Origin: a virus
Reading direction: 5' to 3' (one strand)
DNA: 64,000 nucleotides
IMG/VR virus record: IMGVR_UViG_3300049044_000138
A program made the translations under genes and the position numbers. The first letter of the stretch is position 1, and each line of letters begins with the position of its first letter. The notes under the pieces are model-generated. The model saw only the letters and a list, made by a program, of their open reading frames with translations. It made no database searches and was not told the origin of the DNA. Shown here one piece after another: positions 32,672-42,793 of the stretch.

Positions 32672-32694
32672 AAAAAAAGGCACCCCCCGGTGCC
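32672..32694 (-). terminator. Intrinsic terminator before the lysis genes
   Basis: GGCACC-GGGG-GGTGCC hairpin followed by T7 on the minus strand. Confidence 0.7.
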
Positions 32695-32719
32695 CGACGT
32701 TTCGATCTTTCAGCTGAAG

Positions 32720-33157
32720 CTAGACGCGCACCGCTTCCGGCGCTGGCCTGTCGATCATGGCCATCAGCGAGGCCAGGTCTTCCGGTATCCCCGGATCGAG
32801 CGGGAAGGCCCGGTCGAGCATGGCCTGCGCGTGAGACAGATTGGGATTGTCCGGCTCCAGCCGCCGAAGCGGTTCCGCCACCAGCTCGAAGGCGCGGCGC
32901 AACACGCGGATCTCCACAGCCTGCCGGCGCAGCTGCGTTTCGATATGCTGCTGGTACTTCAGGTCGCGTTCGTCCTGCTTCGCCTCGCGCGCCTTCAGTT
33001 CATCATGCCAGGCCTGCAGCTTCGCCGCCCTGGACAGTGCCCGAGCGTCCCGCCAGTTGAGCAGCCAGGCCATCCCCTTGCCGAAAGCATAGAGGATGGC
33101 AACGCTGCCGGCGATCATCCCACCCGCTTCACCAGCAGCCGATCCAGCGTCCGCCAT
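32720..33157 (-). CDS. Single-TM coiled-coil protein (possibly lysis-associated)
   Basis: MIAGSVAILYAFGKGMAWLL TM, then a coiled coil; TGATG coupling. Confidence 0.65.
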   Translation of the reverse strand: MADAGSAAGEAGGMIAGSVAILYAFGKGMAWLLNWRDARALSRAAKLQAWHDELKAREAKQDERDLKYQQHIETQLRRQAVEIRVLRRAFELVAEPLRRLEPDNPNLSHAQAMLDRAFPLDPGIPEDLASLMAMIDRPAPEAVRV

Positions 33158-34347
33158 CAGGCCGCCGCCTCTAAGACGGCCAGACGGGCTTCAACCTCAG
33201 CCAGACGCAGCGCAACGTCTTGCAAAGCAGCGGTCAAGAGCGGAACAAGGTGGCTCTTGTCGACACCCTGATAGTCAGGCAGCGTCTGCTTTTCGATAAC
33301 AGCGGCGACAGCCTGCTGAATAACGTTGCCTTCGTCATCTCTGATTTCAGGTTGCGCAGGAGAGACTTCGATGTCCCTTTCAACCACCGCATCTTTCTCG
33401 CCGCTAACTGCTTGCGGGACGACCTCCTGTAGTTCATGCGCAATAAACCCATCTTCACGCTCGCCGTTCGACTTCCATGCAAAATTTACGGGCTTAATGC
33501 GGAGCAGCTTGTCTATTGGGGATTGGATGGGCTGGGGGTCATCTTTGAGCCGGTAATCCGATGAAGTATTAAAAGTGACACCAGTAGTGCCGCTCTGCCC
33601 AATGGAACCTATTGCCGCTCCATTGTAGCCGAATACTAGGTACGACCACCCAGCGGCTGTGCCGCTATGGTTGATCGTTTGCGTCGCGCCGGGCGCGTTC
33701 AAGTCGATACTGTTAGAGTTCTGAAGGCCAGTCGCAGTCTGATTTATCGAAACGCCACCAGCATGGTTGATCCTCATCCGCTCCGTCGAAGTTCCACCGT
33801 TCAAGGTGGAGAGGATCATTCCGCTACCGACACCTTGACTAAGATAGCCGGATATTTCTGCCCCATATCCTGAACCTTTCTCAATACGGACGCTAGTTTT
33901 ACTTTCTCCGGTAGGATTCGCCGTCGAAATATAGCGGCCAGCGGTGAAGGACGCGGCGGTCGATGCGTCCTGAACATCTAGCTTATAAGTGGCTGAGGTC
34001 GCGCCGATGGCGACGCTCCCCCCGGCCGGGTTGAGCAAAAGATTATACGCTGAAGTCCCGCCATCTGAACGTTGGCCCTGCAGCCACGGCGCCCCAGAGG
34101 CAGCATCCACCCCTATCTGAAGGCCGTAACCTGCATCTGCTCCAGAAAACTGAACTATTCCTTTTCGCGCGCCGAGCGTGGGCGCGTTGTCCGATGTCCC
34201 TTGCGCGAGGAATTTTCCATCCGAGCGTTTCGCGACAAGTGCCGACGCAAGGATGTTTATACCGCCAGAACCGCGCTGGAGGAGGAGAATATCCGCCGGA
34301 TCGAAATAGGCGCTATCAGTGAAATCCTGCCAGATCGTGTCGACCAT
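33157..34347 (-). CDS. Tail fibre/spike with a C-terminal intramolecular chaperone (peptidase S74)
   Basis: TSSDYRLK...GFIAHELQEVVPQAV...LVPLLTAALQD; beta-rich N-terminus; AT-richer than its flanks. Confidence 0.9.
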   Translation of the reverse strand: MVDTIWQDFTDSAYFDPADILLLQRGSGGINILASALVAKRSDGKFLAQGTSDNAPTLGARKGIVQFSGADAGYGLQIGVDAASGAPWLQGQRSDGGTSAYNLLLNPAGGSVAIGATSATYKLDVQDASTAASFTAGRYISTANPTGESKTSVRIEKGSGYGAEISGYLSQGVGSGMILSTLNGGTSTERMRINHAGGVSINQTATGLQNSNSIDLNAPGATQTINHSGTAAGWSYLVFGYNGAAIGSIGQSGTTGVTFNTSSDYRLKDDPQPIQSPIDKLLRIKPVNFAWKSNGEREDGFIAHELQEVVPQAVSGEKDAVVERDIEVSPAQPEIRDDEGNVIQQAVAAVIEKQTLPDYQGVDKSHLVPLLTAALQDVALRLAEVEARLAVLEAAA

Positions 34348-34778
34348 TAGCCCCGCCCTCCATCATTGCTGGCCGGGAGGACAGATGCGTTGGTCACATC
34401 GAACCGCCCAGGACTGATCGGGTCAATCGCCAGCACCAGCAGATCACCCGGGCGCACTGCGTATGACGGCGCAGTCAGCCGCACATGCGCGATCGACCGC
34501 CCCTCCATCGATGCGCTCGCCACCGGAATCAATGCCCAGCGACCCAACTGATCATTGGCCGCGATCGCGGCACGCGCCTCTTCCGCACGGGCAGCAGGAA
34601 CCAGATAGAGGCGAGCCCAGGCGGGCTTATGATCGAGGCTGTCGATCGCCGCCCGAGCCTCGATATCCCCGAGACCGTCCGCCACCGACATCGCCACGGC
34701 GGTCGGCTGATCGGACACCGGCCCGCCAGCACAGGCGGCCAGCAGTGCAAGGCTCAACAGAGCAAGTTTCTTCATCAC
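34347..34778 (-). CDS. Lipoprotein in the tail-fibre module
   Basis: MMKKLALLSLALLAAC signal II/lipobox. Confidence 0.8.
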   Translation of the reverse strand: MMKKLALLSLALLAACAGGPVSDQPTAVAMSVADGLGDIEARAAIDSLDHKPAWARLYLVPAARAEEARAAIAANDQLGRWALIPVASASMEGRSIAHVRLTAPSYAVRPGDLLVLAIDPISPGRFDVTNASVLPASNDGGRG

Positions 34779-35029
34779 TGTTCCCCCGTCGCTGCCATGC
34801 CTACCGGCATTTCAGCTTCATCTACAATAGCTTGCTGCTCGGCTAACTCGGCATCCGTGAAGGTCCGGAAGGCCATCGCCCCCAGGATGATGCCGCCCCG
34901 TTCCTTGTCGTCGACCGACACCGGCGCGCACTGGTCGCCATTTTCCATGTAGCCCAGGATCTCTTCCGGCCTGCTGGCCTCTATGAACCGGGCGCGCGCG
35001 CCGATCCTGCCCATTGCCCAAATGGTCAT
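34775..35029 (-). CDS. Small hypothetical protein (possible tail-tip accessory)
   Basis: ATG 35029 after GAGGTG; 84 aa. Confidence 0.6.
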   Translation of the reverse strand: MTIWAMGRIGARARFIEASRPEEILGYMENGDQCAPVSVDDKERGGIILGAMAFRTFTDAELAEQQAIVDEAEMPVGMAATGEQ

Positions 35030-35031
35030 TT

Positions 35032-37881
35032 TCACCTCTTCACGATGTCGATCGAAATTTCGCCGGACCAATTGTAGCTCCAGCTGCCTGCAGCTGGCGG
35101 GTAGGCTGCAACGTCGAGTGCCAGCACATAGAGATCCCCGGCCGCCGGCGATGTCGTGGAATGTTGCAGCGCCGCCGCCATGTCGACGTTCGTCCAATTG
35201 GCGAGCGTTGCATTCTTGCCCGTGACAGAGCCGCCCGAGGATGACGGATTGCGGTTCGTTCCGCTGGCACTGGCGAGATAGCTCGCCGCATTGGCAGCGG
35301 GGACGCGATAGACCCGCAGCACCGGATATCCCGGCGTCGGCCCGCCGGTATATTTCACCTGCCCGAACGCGGCGATCTTGATGCCAGTCACCCCCGACGG
35401 CAGCGAACCGACCGTGACATAGGCCAGTTCGTGGATAGTCGTGAACGCGGCCGCCGATCCTGAGTTGGAGGCGATCGTGAGCGAGATGACCGATCCGGCG
35501 ACCAGCGATTGCGTGCTGGCTTTGCCGTCCTTCAGCGAACCGTCGCTGTTCAAGCCGTTGTTCGCCGCCGCCGCGCCGGATGCGACCGTGCTGGCGGCCG
35601 CGCCGCTCACCGTGCCAGTGACATCACCGGCGAAGGCAACGCTGCTGGCAGGCCGATAGGGGTTCTCACCAGCGGCAGAGGGCTTCACCCAAGCCGACTG
35701 GATGATGCCAGCCGCGTTCACATCGGGATCGACCATCCGATAGGCGCGAACGGCGAAGGTGTAATAGCTGGTCGGCTCGGCACCATAGAGGATGAAGGCT
35801 CGCTTGCCTGCCGCCATGAAGAAGGTTTGCTCGGCCGCTGGTGTTGCACCGACCGTGTAGGCCGCCGAGCTGGTCGAGGCATAGACCAGGATCTCGAACC
35901 CATCGATGTCGCTTTCCGTGCCGCCCCAGACCCATTCAAAGCTGATATCGGCCGACCCGCCGGAGTTGATCGCATGATCTACCGCACTGCCGTCGGTGAC
36001 GATCGTCGGCGCTACCGGCGTTGTGCCCAGCCGATCATTCCGAGCATTGAAGTTCGTCGCCGTGGTGGTGAGCAGCGCCGCCTGCGTCGCCGTCGCGCCG
36101 TAGGTTGCCGCAGCGACCCAGGCGGACCCGCTCCAATAGTCCATCTGGACCGGGCTGAGATAAGCCCGCACCAGCACATCCCCGATATCGGTTCCCGTCG
36201 GCACCGGATCGGATGCCGAATACATAGTGAAGATGACCGCCTTGCTGTCGGCCAGATTCGACGCTGCAGTCGCTGCCGCCAGCGCATTCGTAATGCGCTG
36301 GTCACCCACCGGGGCCCAGGGCAGGATGACATAACTTCCGCCGAGCAGGATGGCGTTGCCGCCGATCGACAGCCTGCCGCTGCCGGCGACGCGAACATAG
36401 GTGGCGATGATATTGCCGCTGCCGTCCGTCTGCTGCCACCAGTCATTTTCCTGACTTTCATCGGCGGTCGGCGCGGTCGGCTGCGTAAACACGATGCGCT
36501 TCGCGTCCACCACCGTTGTCAGGTCATCGAGCAGCGCCTCGATCGACGCGCCCGAGCTGGTGACAGCCACGACGGCATTCGACAGGCGCTGCCAGTCGGT
36601 GTTCGCGTCTGTAGGCGCGGAATTGGCCGTCGGCACCGTTGCGACGAAGAGCCATTGCGACCCGTCGCTCAGCGAGACGACATCGCCCTCGCGATAGACG
36701 GTGGCCGCATCATACTGTCCCATGGGCGCGTTCAGGTTGAAAGCGATATCGCTGGAGCTATGCACCTGCCACGTCGGCACCGCGCCTTGCGCCAGCCGCC
36801 AATAGGGGGCGGCGATCGAGATCTGTTCGACACTGGCAACCGGAGGCAAAGCCGACCCGTCGGCCGCCATGGTGGTGGACGCCGTGCCGATGCCGATCGC
36901 GGCGACGCGCAGAACGCCTAGCCAGTCGACGAAGGCGACAGCATTAACGCTGGCAGCTATCCGCTGGATCAGCTCGCGCGCCGTCGTCTGCGCGGTCACC
37001 ATCAGCGACAGGTTCCACGGCCGCGCACTGTTCAGCGCCGTCATGTCGGAGGTCGAGAACTTGCCCACGCCGCCGGCGATCGTCGCCACGCGCTGGATCA
37101 GCGCCCCCGGCAGGCGCGACCAGCCGCCAACGGCGTCGCCGTTGGCATGGAAGCAAACCATGCCGTCCGCCGGTGCCCCGAAGCGCACATAGCCACCGGC
37201 CAAGGATGTCGCCCACTGGCCGCGCTGCACTGTCGCTGCCTTCAGGGCCGCGAAGCTGGCATAGTCGCCGATCGCCGCGCCGAAGCGTGTCAGACGATCG
37301 AAGGCCAGCGACACGCCGCCAATCAGCCCATAGGCCGAGATCTGATAGATGTTGTCCACCGCGTCGACCAGGACGCCGGGCGCGAAGCGTGGCGCGCCCA
37401 GCGCGAGCGGCTTCGCCGTGCCCTGCAGATCTGTCGAACCTTCAGCCCCGCCGGTCCCGGCATAGGTCGCCAGCAGCGGCTGATCGAGCCAGCTGTCGTC
37501 GGTGCCGATGCTGACCGTCGCGATGCCGTTGGCGATCTCCGGCTGCTCTTTCACCCGGCCGTCAAACTTCAGCGTGAACGCAGCCCACGCGTCGCCCAAA
37601 TTGCCCTGCCAAATCCGCACGCGCGCATCGTGAATTGCCAGCGCAGGCAGGTTCGGAATGGAGCCGAAGTTGACCGTGAGCGAGCCCGAGGGAGAGGTGA
37701 TCGACTTGGGATCGAAGCCACCGTCGAAGAAGTCATAGCGCAGCTTCGGCAGCGTCGCGATCGCGGGCCACCATACTTGCCCGTTCAAATGGCAAAGCCG
37801 CTCATCGTCATGGCTGGCAAGGCATAGGGGAACGGCCGTGGAACCGCTCCACGCGTCGATTTGCACAAGATAGGCGATCAT
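35032..37881 (-). CDS. Central tail tip/host-specificity protein, 949 aa
   Basis: ATGA overlap; tail-hub N-terminus; CBM5/12-like segment; FnIII-like YTFAVRAY; beta-rich C-terminus. Confidence 0.8.
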   Translation of the reverse strand: MIAYLVQIDAWSGSTAVPLCLASHDDERLCHLNGQVWWPAIATLPKLRYDFFDGGFDPKSITSPSGSLTVNFGSIPNLPALAIHDARVRIWQGNLGDAWAAFTLKFDGRVKEQPEIANGIATVSIGTDDSWLDQPLLATYAGTGGAEGSTDLQGTAKPLALGAPRFAPGVLVDAVDNIYQISAYGLIGGVSLAFDRLTRFGAAIGDYASFAALKAATVQRGQWATSLAGGYVRFGAPADGMVCFHANGDAVGGWSRLPGALIQRVATIAGGVGKFSTSDMTALNSARPWNLSLMVTAQTTARELIQRIAASVNAVAFVDWLGVLRVAAIGIGTASTTMAADGSALPPVASVEQISIAAPYWRLAQGAVPTWQVHSSSDIAFNLNAPMGQYDAATVYREGDVVSLSDGSQWLFVATVPTANSAPTDANTDWQRLSNAVVAVTSSGASIEALLDDLTTVVDAKRIVFTQPTAPTADESQENDWWQQTDGSGNIIATYVRVAGSGRLSIGGNAILLGGSYVILPWAPVGDQRITNALAAATAASNLADSKAVIFTMYSASDPVPTGTDIGDVLVRAYLSPVQMDYWSGSAWVAAATYGATATQAALLTTTATNFNARNDRLGTTPVAPTIVTDGSAVDHAINSGGSADISFEWVWGGTESDIDGFEILVYASTSSAAYTVGATPAAEQTFFMAAGKRAFILYGAEPTSYYTFAVRAYRMVDPDVNAAGIIQSAWVKPSAAGENPYRPASSVAFAGDVTGTVSGAAASTVASGAAAANNGLNSDGSLKDGKASTQSLVAGSVISLTIASNSGSAAAFTTIHELAYVTVGSLPSGVTGIKIAAFGQVKYTGGPTPGYPVLRVYRVPAANAASYLASASGTNRNPSSSGGSVTGKNATLANWTNVDMAAALQHSTTSPAAGDLYVLALDVAAYPPAAGSWSYNWSGEISIDIVKR

Positions 37882-38681
37882 GCGTCGAGGCTCACCAGAC
37901 TCGCGCGCCACTCAAAGCCGCCGGGCTTTGCCCAGACGGTGCCGAGATCGCCGACCAGCGGTCCAAACCAGATGCGATTCTGCCGCTGCGCGTGCGCGTC
38001 GGGATCAAGGATCAGCGCGATCGGTTCGCTGATCCCGATTTCCTCGATCAGCGGATGCACCGTCGACTCCACCTCATCGCGCAGGACCGCGCCATAGCTG
38101 ATCCCGACCGACCGCAGTTTCTTGCCGCGCCGGCGCAGCAGAACGCCGCGAACGGAGAAGTCGGTGGTGCCGAGATCCCGAACGCCGAACGCCGCGCCGA
38201 ACTGGAAATTGCGCGCGAGCTGGATCTTGCTGCCCAGCACCAGGCGCGCGATCGTCGCCGCGCTTGTGCCGAGCCCGGCGATCGTGAACCGCCACCAGCG
38301 CGCAGCCGGCGGCGGCGATGCCGGTGCCAGCCACAGGCCGCGCCCCTTGCCGGAAATCGGCATGGCCGATCCCGCCAGGAACGGAAGCACCGCACCCACC
38401 CAGGAACCGGCGGGGAAGCTGCTGCCCTGCGCGGCCGTCGCCGCCTCGACCTTCAGCGTCCAGCTGGAATTTGCCCCGCTCGCGCCCAGCAGCACGGCCG
38501 TATCGATCAGGACATCAGAGCCCATGTCGATCGTGATGGTGCGGGAATCCGCGCCGGTCGCGCTTTTCCAGACGACGCCCATATGATCGTTGCCGATGTA
38601 AGAAGGATCATAGCCGGCGGCCGTTGAGCTGGCACTGACAGCTGCGAAGGGCAGCGGCTTGATGATCAGCGCATTGCTCAT
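37878..38681 (-). CDS. Minor tail protein (distal tail-like)
   Basis: Second gene after the TMP; beta-sandwich N-terminus. Confidence 0.65.
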   Translation of the reverse strand: MSNALIIKPLPFAAVSASSTAAGYDPSYIGNDHMGVVWKSATGADSRTITIDMGSDVLIDTAVLLGASGANSSWTLKVEAATAAQGSSFPAGSWVGAVLPFLAGSAMPISGKGRGLWLAPASPPPAARWWRFTIAGLGTSAATIARLVLGSKIQLARNFQFGAAFGVRDLGTTDFSVRGVLLRRRGKKLRSVGISYGAVLRDEVESTVHPLIEEIGISEPIALILDPDAHAQRQNRIWFGPLVGDLGTVWAKPGGFEWRASLVSLDA

Positions 38682-39037
38682 CCGAAATATTCCACCTTGC
38701 TCTGTTCGGTTTCGAGATCGACTTCGATGCGTGAGACCAGCAGCAGGGCGTCGAGCCCTTGCTCGCTATCGATCACGCGATGCGTCGGAACGGTGCCGGC
38801 CGGAACGTCGACCAGATCCGCCACTGTGACGCTGAAGCGCCGCCGCACCACCCCGAGCAGCGCCGCGCGCTGGGCAAGGGCGGCGCTGGCGTCGGTAGCG
38901 CTGTCGAAAAAGCCTTCCGCCGGGCTGTCGCTGTTGTCGCGTGCCGACGGGAAGCGACCCTTGATCGTCAGATCCTGAGAGGACACGACGATCTGCTGCC
39001 GCAGGGCAGCAGCGATATCGGACGGTATCGCGGGCAT
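38678..39037 (-). CDS. Minor tail protein
   Basis: TGATG coupling to the TMP stop; 119 aa. Confidence 0.65.
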   Translation of the reverse strand: MPAIPSDIAAALRQQIVVSSQDLTIKGRFPSARDNSDSPAEGFFDSATDASAALAQRAALLGVVRRRFSVTVADLVDVPAGTVPTHRVIDSEQGLDALLLVSRIEVDLETEQSKVEYFG

Positions 39038-42000
39038 CAGACGTAGTTCCGTGACAGGCCGATGAAGCCGCCTGCAGCGATGGCCTGCTGGATTTCCTGC
39101 AGCTTCTGCACGATCGCCGGAAAGCCTTGGGCCATCAGCTGCACACCATTTTCAGTGCTGGCAGCGGTCGCCTGCGCCGCCTTCGCCGTTGCCTCATTGA
39201 AGGGATCGGACGTGGTGCGGATCGGCGCGGCATTGTCGATCGTCGCGATCGCGTTGCCAGTCGCGCCCTGGATCATGTCGAACGCTTCGAAATATTTCGC
39301 GGTCGACCCGTAAAGCTGCCGCTCGATGTCCAAAAACGTCTGCGCCGCCGACTGATATTTTTCCTGATCGATCGACTCGCCCCGGGCGATCTGCCCCAGA
39401 AACGGATCAAGCACTGCCCGCGCATTGGCTTCCTGGTCGCGTAGAGACAGCGGCGAGCCCGACCCGGCGTTCAGGGACTGAAGAAATTCCTTCAGCGCTT
39501 GGCTGGCGCTCCCGGCGTTTTCCTTCGCTTCGGCCAGCTCCAGATTGTAGAGCTTTTGCGCGTCGGCCATTTGCTCGGCGGTTGCGCCACCTTCACGCAG
39601 CGCTTCGACGATCTTCTTGAAGCGGTCGTTCACCTCATCGATCGCGTAGCCCACGGGATCGAGACGCTTTTGCAGTTCCTTCGGCACGGACTCGACCAGC
39701 AGCGCCTTTTCCAGCGCCTTCTGCAGATCCTGCCCCGACTTTAAGATATTGATCGACGCTTGGCTGATCCCGGTGATCACGCCGCCCTCGATCGACTTCT
39801 GGATGGCGAAGGCTACGGCATCTTCCGCGCCATTCTTGCCGAAGTCATAGAGCCCTTCCGCGCTCTTGCCGCTAAAGTTCAGCTTGCCGGTATAGCCGGT
39901 CGTCGAGACGCGATATTTGTCCTTATAGGTGCCGATGGTGATGTTCGGCACGCCCGTAATCTCGGCCCCCAGCTGATCGGCGATATCCTCGATCCCGTTG
40001 ATGACATGACCGGCGGCACCCTTCGCGGCGGCCTTCTGCGCAGATCCGCGACCGCTGGTGACATTGGCCGTCAGTTCGCCATATTGGTTCATGCTGATCG
40101 CGGCGGTGCCGTATTTCGGCTTGCTCAGCAGGCCGCCGAGCAGAGATCCCGCCATACCGCCGATGATGCCCGCGATCGGCCCGCCCAATCCGGCCAGCTT
40201 GGAGGATATCGCGCCCAGACCCTTGCCCACGGCATCGCCCAGCAACTCTTTGCCCACGGCACCGCCCAGGGCACCGCCCAGCGAACTTTGCTTGCCGCCG
40301 AACACGGTGCCCGCCAGCGAGGAGCCCGCGACCCCCAGCGACGCCCCCTGCAGGATATCGCCAAATTTCTTGCCGATCGCGTCGGGAATATCGATCCCGA
40401 ACGATTTCAGCCGCGCGACAATGGACTGGCCTATGAAGTTATAGGCGTCCGTCGCGCCGATCAGCGCCTTCGTGTTGTCGTTCGCCGCGTCGGCCTGCTT
40501 CCGCGCCGTTACGACGATCTCCGCTTCGGCGCTGCTGGAGCCGGTGACGACGTCGGATTGCTCGGCCTTTAGATCGGCCAGGAAGCCGTCATCCTTGAAC
40601 AGGGCGGCCATGCTGCCAGCCAGGTTCGTCGTGGCACCGCCAGCGGCGACAATCCGGCCGCTGCCGATATCACCGCGCACCTGCGCCACCACATCGGCGA
40701 AGGACTTCAGCTCATTCCCGGCAACGGTCGTCTGCGACGACAGGAACTGATTCGCCTGCTCGACGCCGGTTCGGCCAGTCACGAAATCCTCGATCTTCCG
40801 GTCGAGGCCGCCGAAGATGCCTTCGGAGATGATGCGAGCCTGCAGGGACTTGAAGCTGGCCAGCAGATTACTGCCAAATTCCTTCACCGTGCCACCGCTC
40901 AGCAGCCGTTCGGTCGCGCTCTGGACATCGCCGATCGCTTGCACATAAAGGCCCACCTGCCGCCGCTGATCCTCGATCGCGCGCGAGCGGGCTTCGTCGG
41001 CCTTGGCGATCTCCAGCACTTTCGCCAGCTGCTGCTCATTGAGCGGCCCCATCTGGCGCTCAAGCGCCAGCACCTGCTGCAGCGCGTCAGCTTCGGCATA
41101 ACGGCCCTGGACGACCAACGCGTCGATCTGCTCGCGCTCGCGGGCGCGGTCGACCAGGTCGCGCAAAGGACGATCGAGCGATTCGCGCACAACGATCTTC
41201 GCCTGCTCGGCTGATTTAATGGTCTCTTCGAAGTTCGGCGGCCGACGGCGGCTGAGATCGTCGATAATGTCGTCGAGATCCCGAACAGCCTTCTCGACCT
41301 GTTGGACCCGTGAGGCATCGCCACCAAAACGTGAAGCGATGTCCGCAATCCTGTCGGCAGAATCGCGGCCGAACTCATCACGCGCGGCGATCGCCCGGCT
41401 GTTGTCTTTCGGCTTGTTCGTCTTTGGACGCAGCAGCAGCGCGCGATCGGCGGCAGTGCCCGCGCCTTTCAGAAGCCGCTCCGTCCCCTCATACTCCTTC
41501 AGGTTGCGGAGTTCGGTGCCAAGCGCAGTCACAGAGGCGGCAGCGGACGCGAATGCCTCATCCGTCAGAGCGCCAGCCTTCCGGAGGCTATCCAACCGCT
41601 CAACGGCCGTGGCGGCGTCCAGTTCACCTGAAAGCACCTGCTGGGAAATCACGCCGCGCGCGCCGGCATCCTTGCGCGTGACGGAAAAGCCGCCGCCCAT
41701 GCCCCCCGAAAATTCGGTGGTGGGCGACTGGAGGGCAAGGATTTCGCTTCGCGCAGTGTCAGCGCGGGTGCGGGCTTGGATAGCCGCAACCTTGGCCTGC
41801 GCAATTGCCAGGGCAATCAGCTCCTTCGATTGCTCGCGGATCTTGCCAGTCGTCAGATCCATGACAGAGCCCAGGATATTCTGAGCGCTGCCCAACTGGT
41901 CCGAAGCGAACTTCGTCTTGTCGAGGGCGTCGGAGGTATCCTCCAGCTTCTCGTAGAACATGCCCAGGACAATGCCGGCCGTGGTCAACGCCGCCACCCA

Positions 42001-42681
42001 GGGATTGGTCAGGAAACGGCCCACGGCACCTGCCTTGCCGCTCATGTCGGATAGTGCGCCGCCGACTTGGCCTATCTGCTGGCCGAAGATGACGAACAGG
42101 CTACCACCGCTCGCCAGCGACGCGCCCACGTCCGAAAGCTGGAATCCGAGGTTTCGCATCGCCAGCTGATTGTTGCGCGCGGAGTGATCGAGCCGGCTCT
42201 GCTGGTCCGTCAGCTGCTTCGTTCTGCTGCTGGTTTGGTTCAGTTCGCTCTGCAGACGATCGAGTGCGACAGCCTGGTTATTCAGGCTGCGCACATTCTC
42301 TTCTGCCTCGCGCGCAGCCGCCTCAGCTGCTGCCACATAGAGCCGAGTTTCGGCCGTCGTGTCGCCTGTCGAAGTTGCAGCCTGTCGCGCGGCCGTTGCG
42401 ATCTCGCGCAATGCCTGCGCCTCATTCTGCGCAGCAGCTGCCGCCGCCTTGATCGAGGAGCTATCGAGATTTAGCGCGCCCGTATCGGTGCGCGGCAGAT
42501 CGAGCGCGCGCTTCGCCATGGCCTGCACTTCCGCGAAACTGGCATCGAAGGAAGACTTCATGCGCGCGGCCGTGTCGGAGGCCCGCTTTTCCATCTCACC
42601 AAACGCCCGCGCATTTTCAGCGGAGAAGGACTCGGCATTCAGCGCGAGGCGGGCAACGATGTCCGACGAACGACTAGCCAT
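39037..42681 (-). CDS. Tail tape measure protein (complete copy, about 1214 aa)
   Basis: Long Ala-rich helical protein; lambda-type NLGFQLSDVGASLASG...GQQIGQV motif; Gly-rich hydrophobic segments. Confidence 0.95.
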   Translation of the reverse strand: MASRSSDIVARLALNAESFSAENARAFGEMEKRASDTAARMKSSFDASFAEVQAMAKRALDLPRTDTGALNLDSSSIKAAAAAAQNEAQALREIATAARQAATSTGDTTAETRLYVAAAEAAAREAEENVRSLNNQAVALDRLQSELNQTSSRTKQLTDQQSRLDHSARNNQLAMRNLGFQLSDVGASLASGGSLFVIFGQQIGQVGGALSDMSGKAGAVGRFLTNPWVAALTTAGIVLGMFYEKLEDTSDALDKTKFASDQLGSAQNILGSVMDLTTGKIREQSKELIALAIAQAKVAAIQARTRADTARSEILALQSPTTEFSGGMGGGFSVTRKDAGARGVISQQVLSGELDAATAVERLDSLRKAGALTDEAFASAAASVTALGTELRNLKEYEGTERLLKGAGTAADRALLLRPKTNKPKDNSRAIAARDEFGRDSADRIADIASRFGGDASRVQQVEKAVRDLDDIIDDLSRRRPPNFEETIKSAEQAKIVVRESLDRPLRDLVDRAREREQIDALVVQGRYAEADALQQVLALERQMGPLNEQQLAKVLEIAKADEARSRAIEDQRRQVGLYVQAIGDVQSATERLLSGGTVKEFGSNLLASFKSLQARIISEGIFGGLDRKIEDFVTGRTGVEQANQFLSSQTTVAGNELKSFADVVAQVRGDIGSGRIVAAGGATTNLAGSMAALFKDDGFLADLKAEQSDVVTGSSSAEAEIVVTARKQADAANDNTKALIGATDAYNFIGQSIVARLKSFGIDIPDAIGKKFGDILQGASLGVAGSSLAGTVFGGKQSSLGGALGGAVGKELLGDAVGKGLGAISSKLAGLGGPIAGIIGGMAGSLLGGLLSKPKYGTAAISMNQYGELTANVTSGRGSAQKAAAKGAAGHVINGIEDIADQLGAEITGVPNITIGTYKDKYRVSTTGYTGKLNFSGKSAEGLYDFGKNGAEDAVAFAIQKSIEGGVITGISQASINILKSGQDLQKALEKALLVESVPKELQKRLDPVGYAIDEVNDRFKKIVEALREGGATAEQMADAQKLYNLELAEAKENAGSASQALKEFLQSLNAGSGSPLSLRDQEANARAVLDPFLGQIARGESIDQEKYQSAAQTFLDIERQLYGSTAKYFEAFDMIQGATGNAIATIDNAAPIRTTSDPFNEATAKAAQATAASTENGVQLMAQGFPAIVQKLQEIQQAIAAGGFIGLSRNYV

Positions 42682-42793
42682 TCTGATCCTCACAAAAAAG
42701 GGCTGCGCATCACCTGCCAGCCCGCAAACTTCAGATTGGCCGGTTCGCGGCCTGGACTCGACTCATCCGCAAAAAAGCTTCTATCCAGCGTGG

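Larger units (their letters stand above)
1..39344. mobile_element. One complete, circularly permuted unit of a temperate siphovirus genome (lambda-like head/packaging, serine integrase)
   Basis: Contains packaging, head, tail, lysis, immunity, integration and replication modules; the sequence at 39345 restarts position 1 (ccgccgactgatattt); no host housekeeping genes seen. Confidence 0.95.

Noticed and set aside
33157-37881. Diversity-generating retroelement or invertible tail-fibre cassette
   Set aside because: No reverse transcriptase, TR/VR pair, flanking inverted repeats or alternative fibre ends seen. The only recombinase is a large integrase with its own att-like site.
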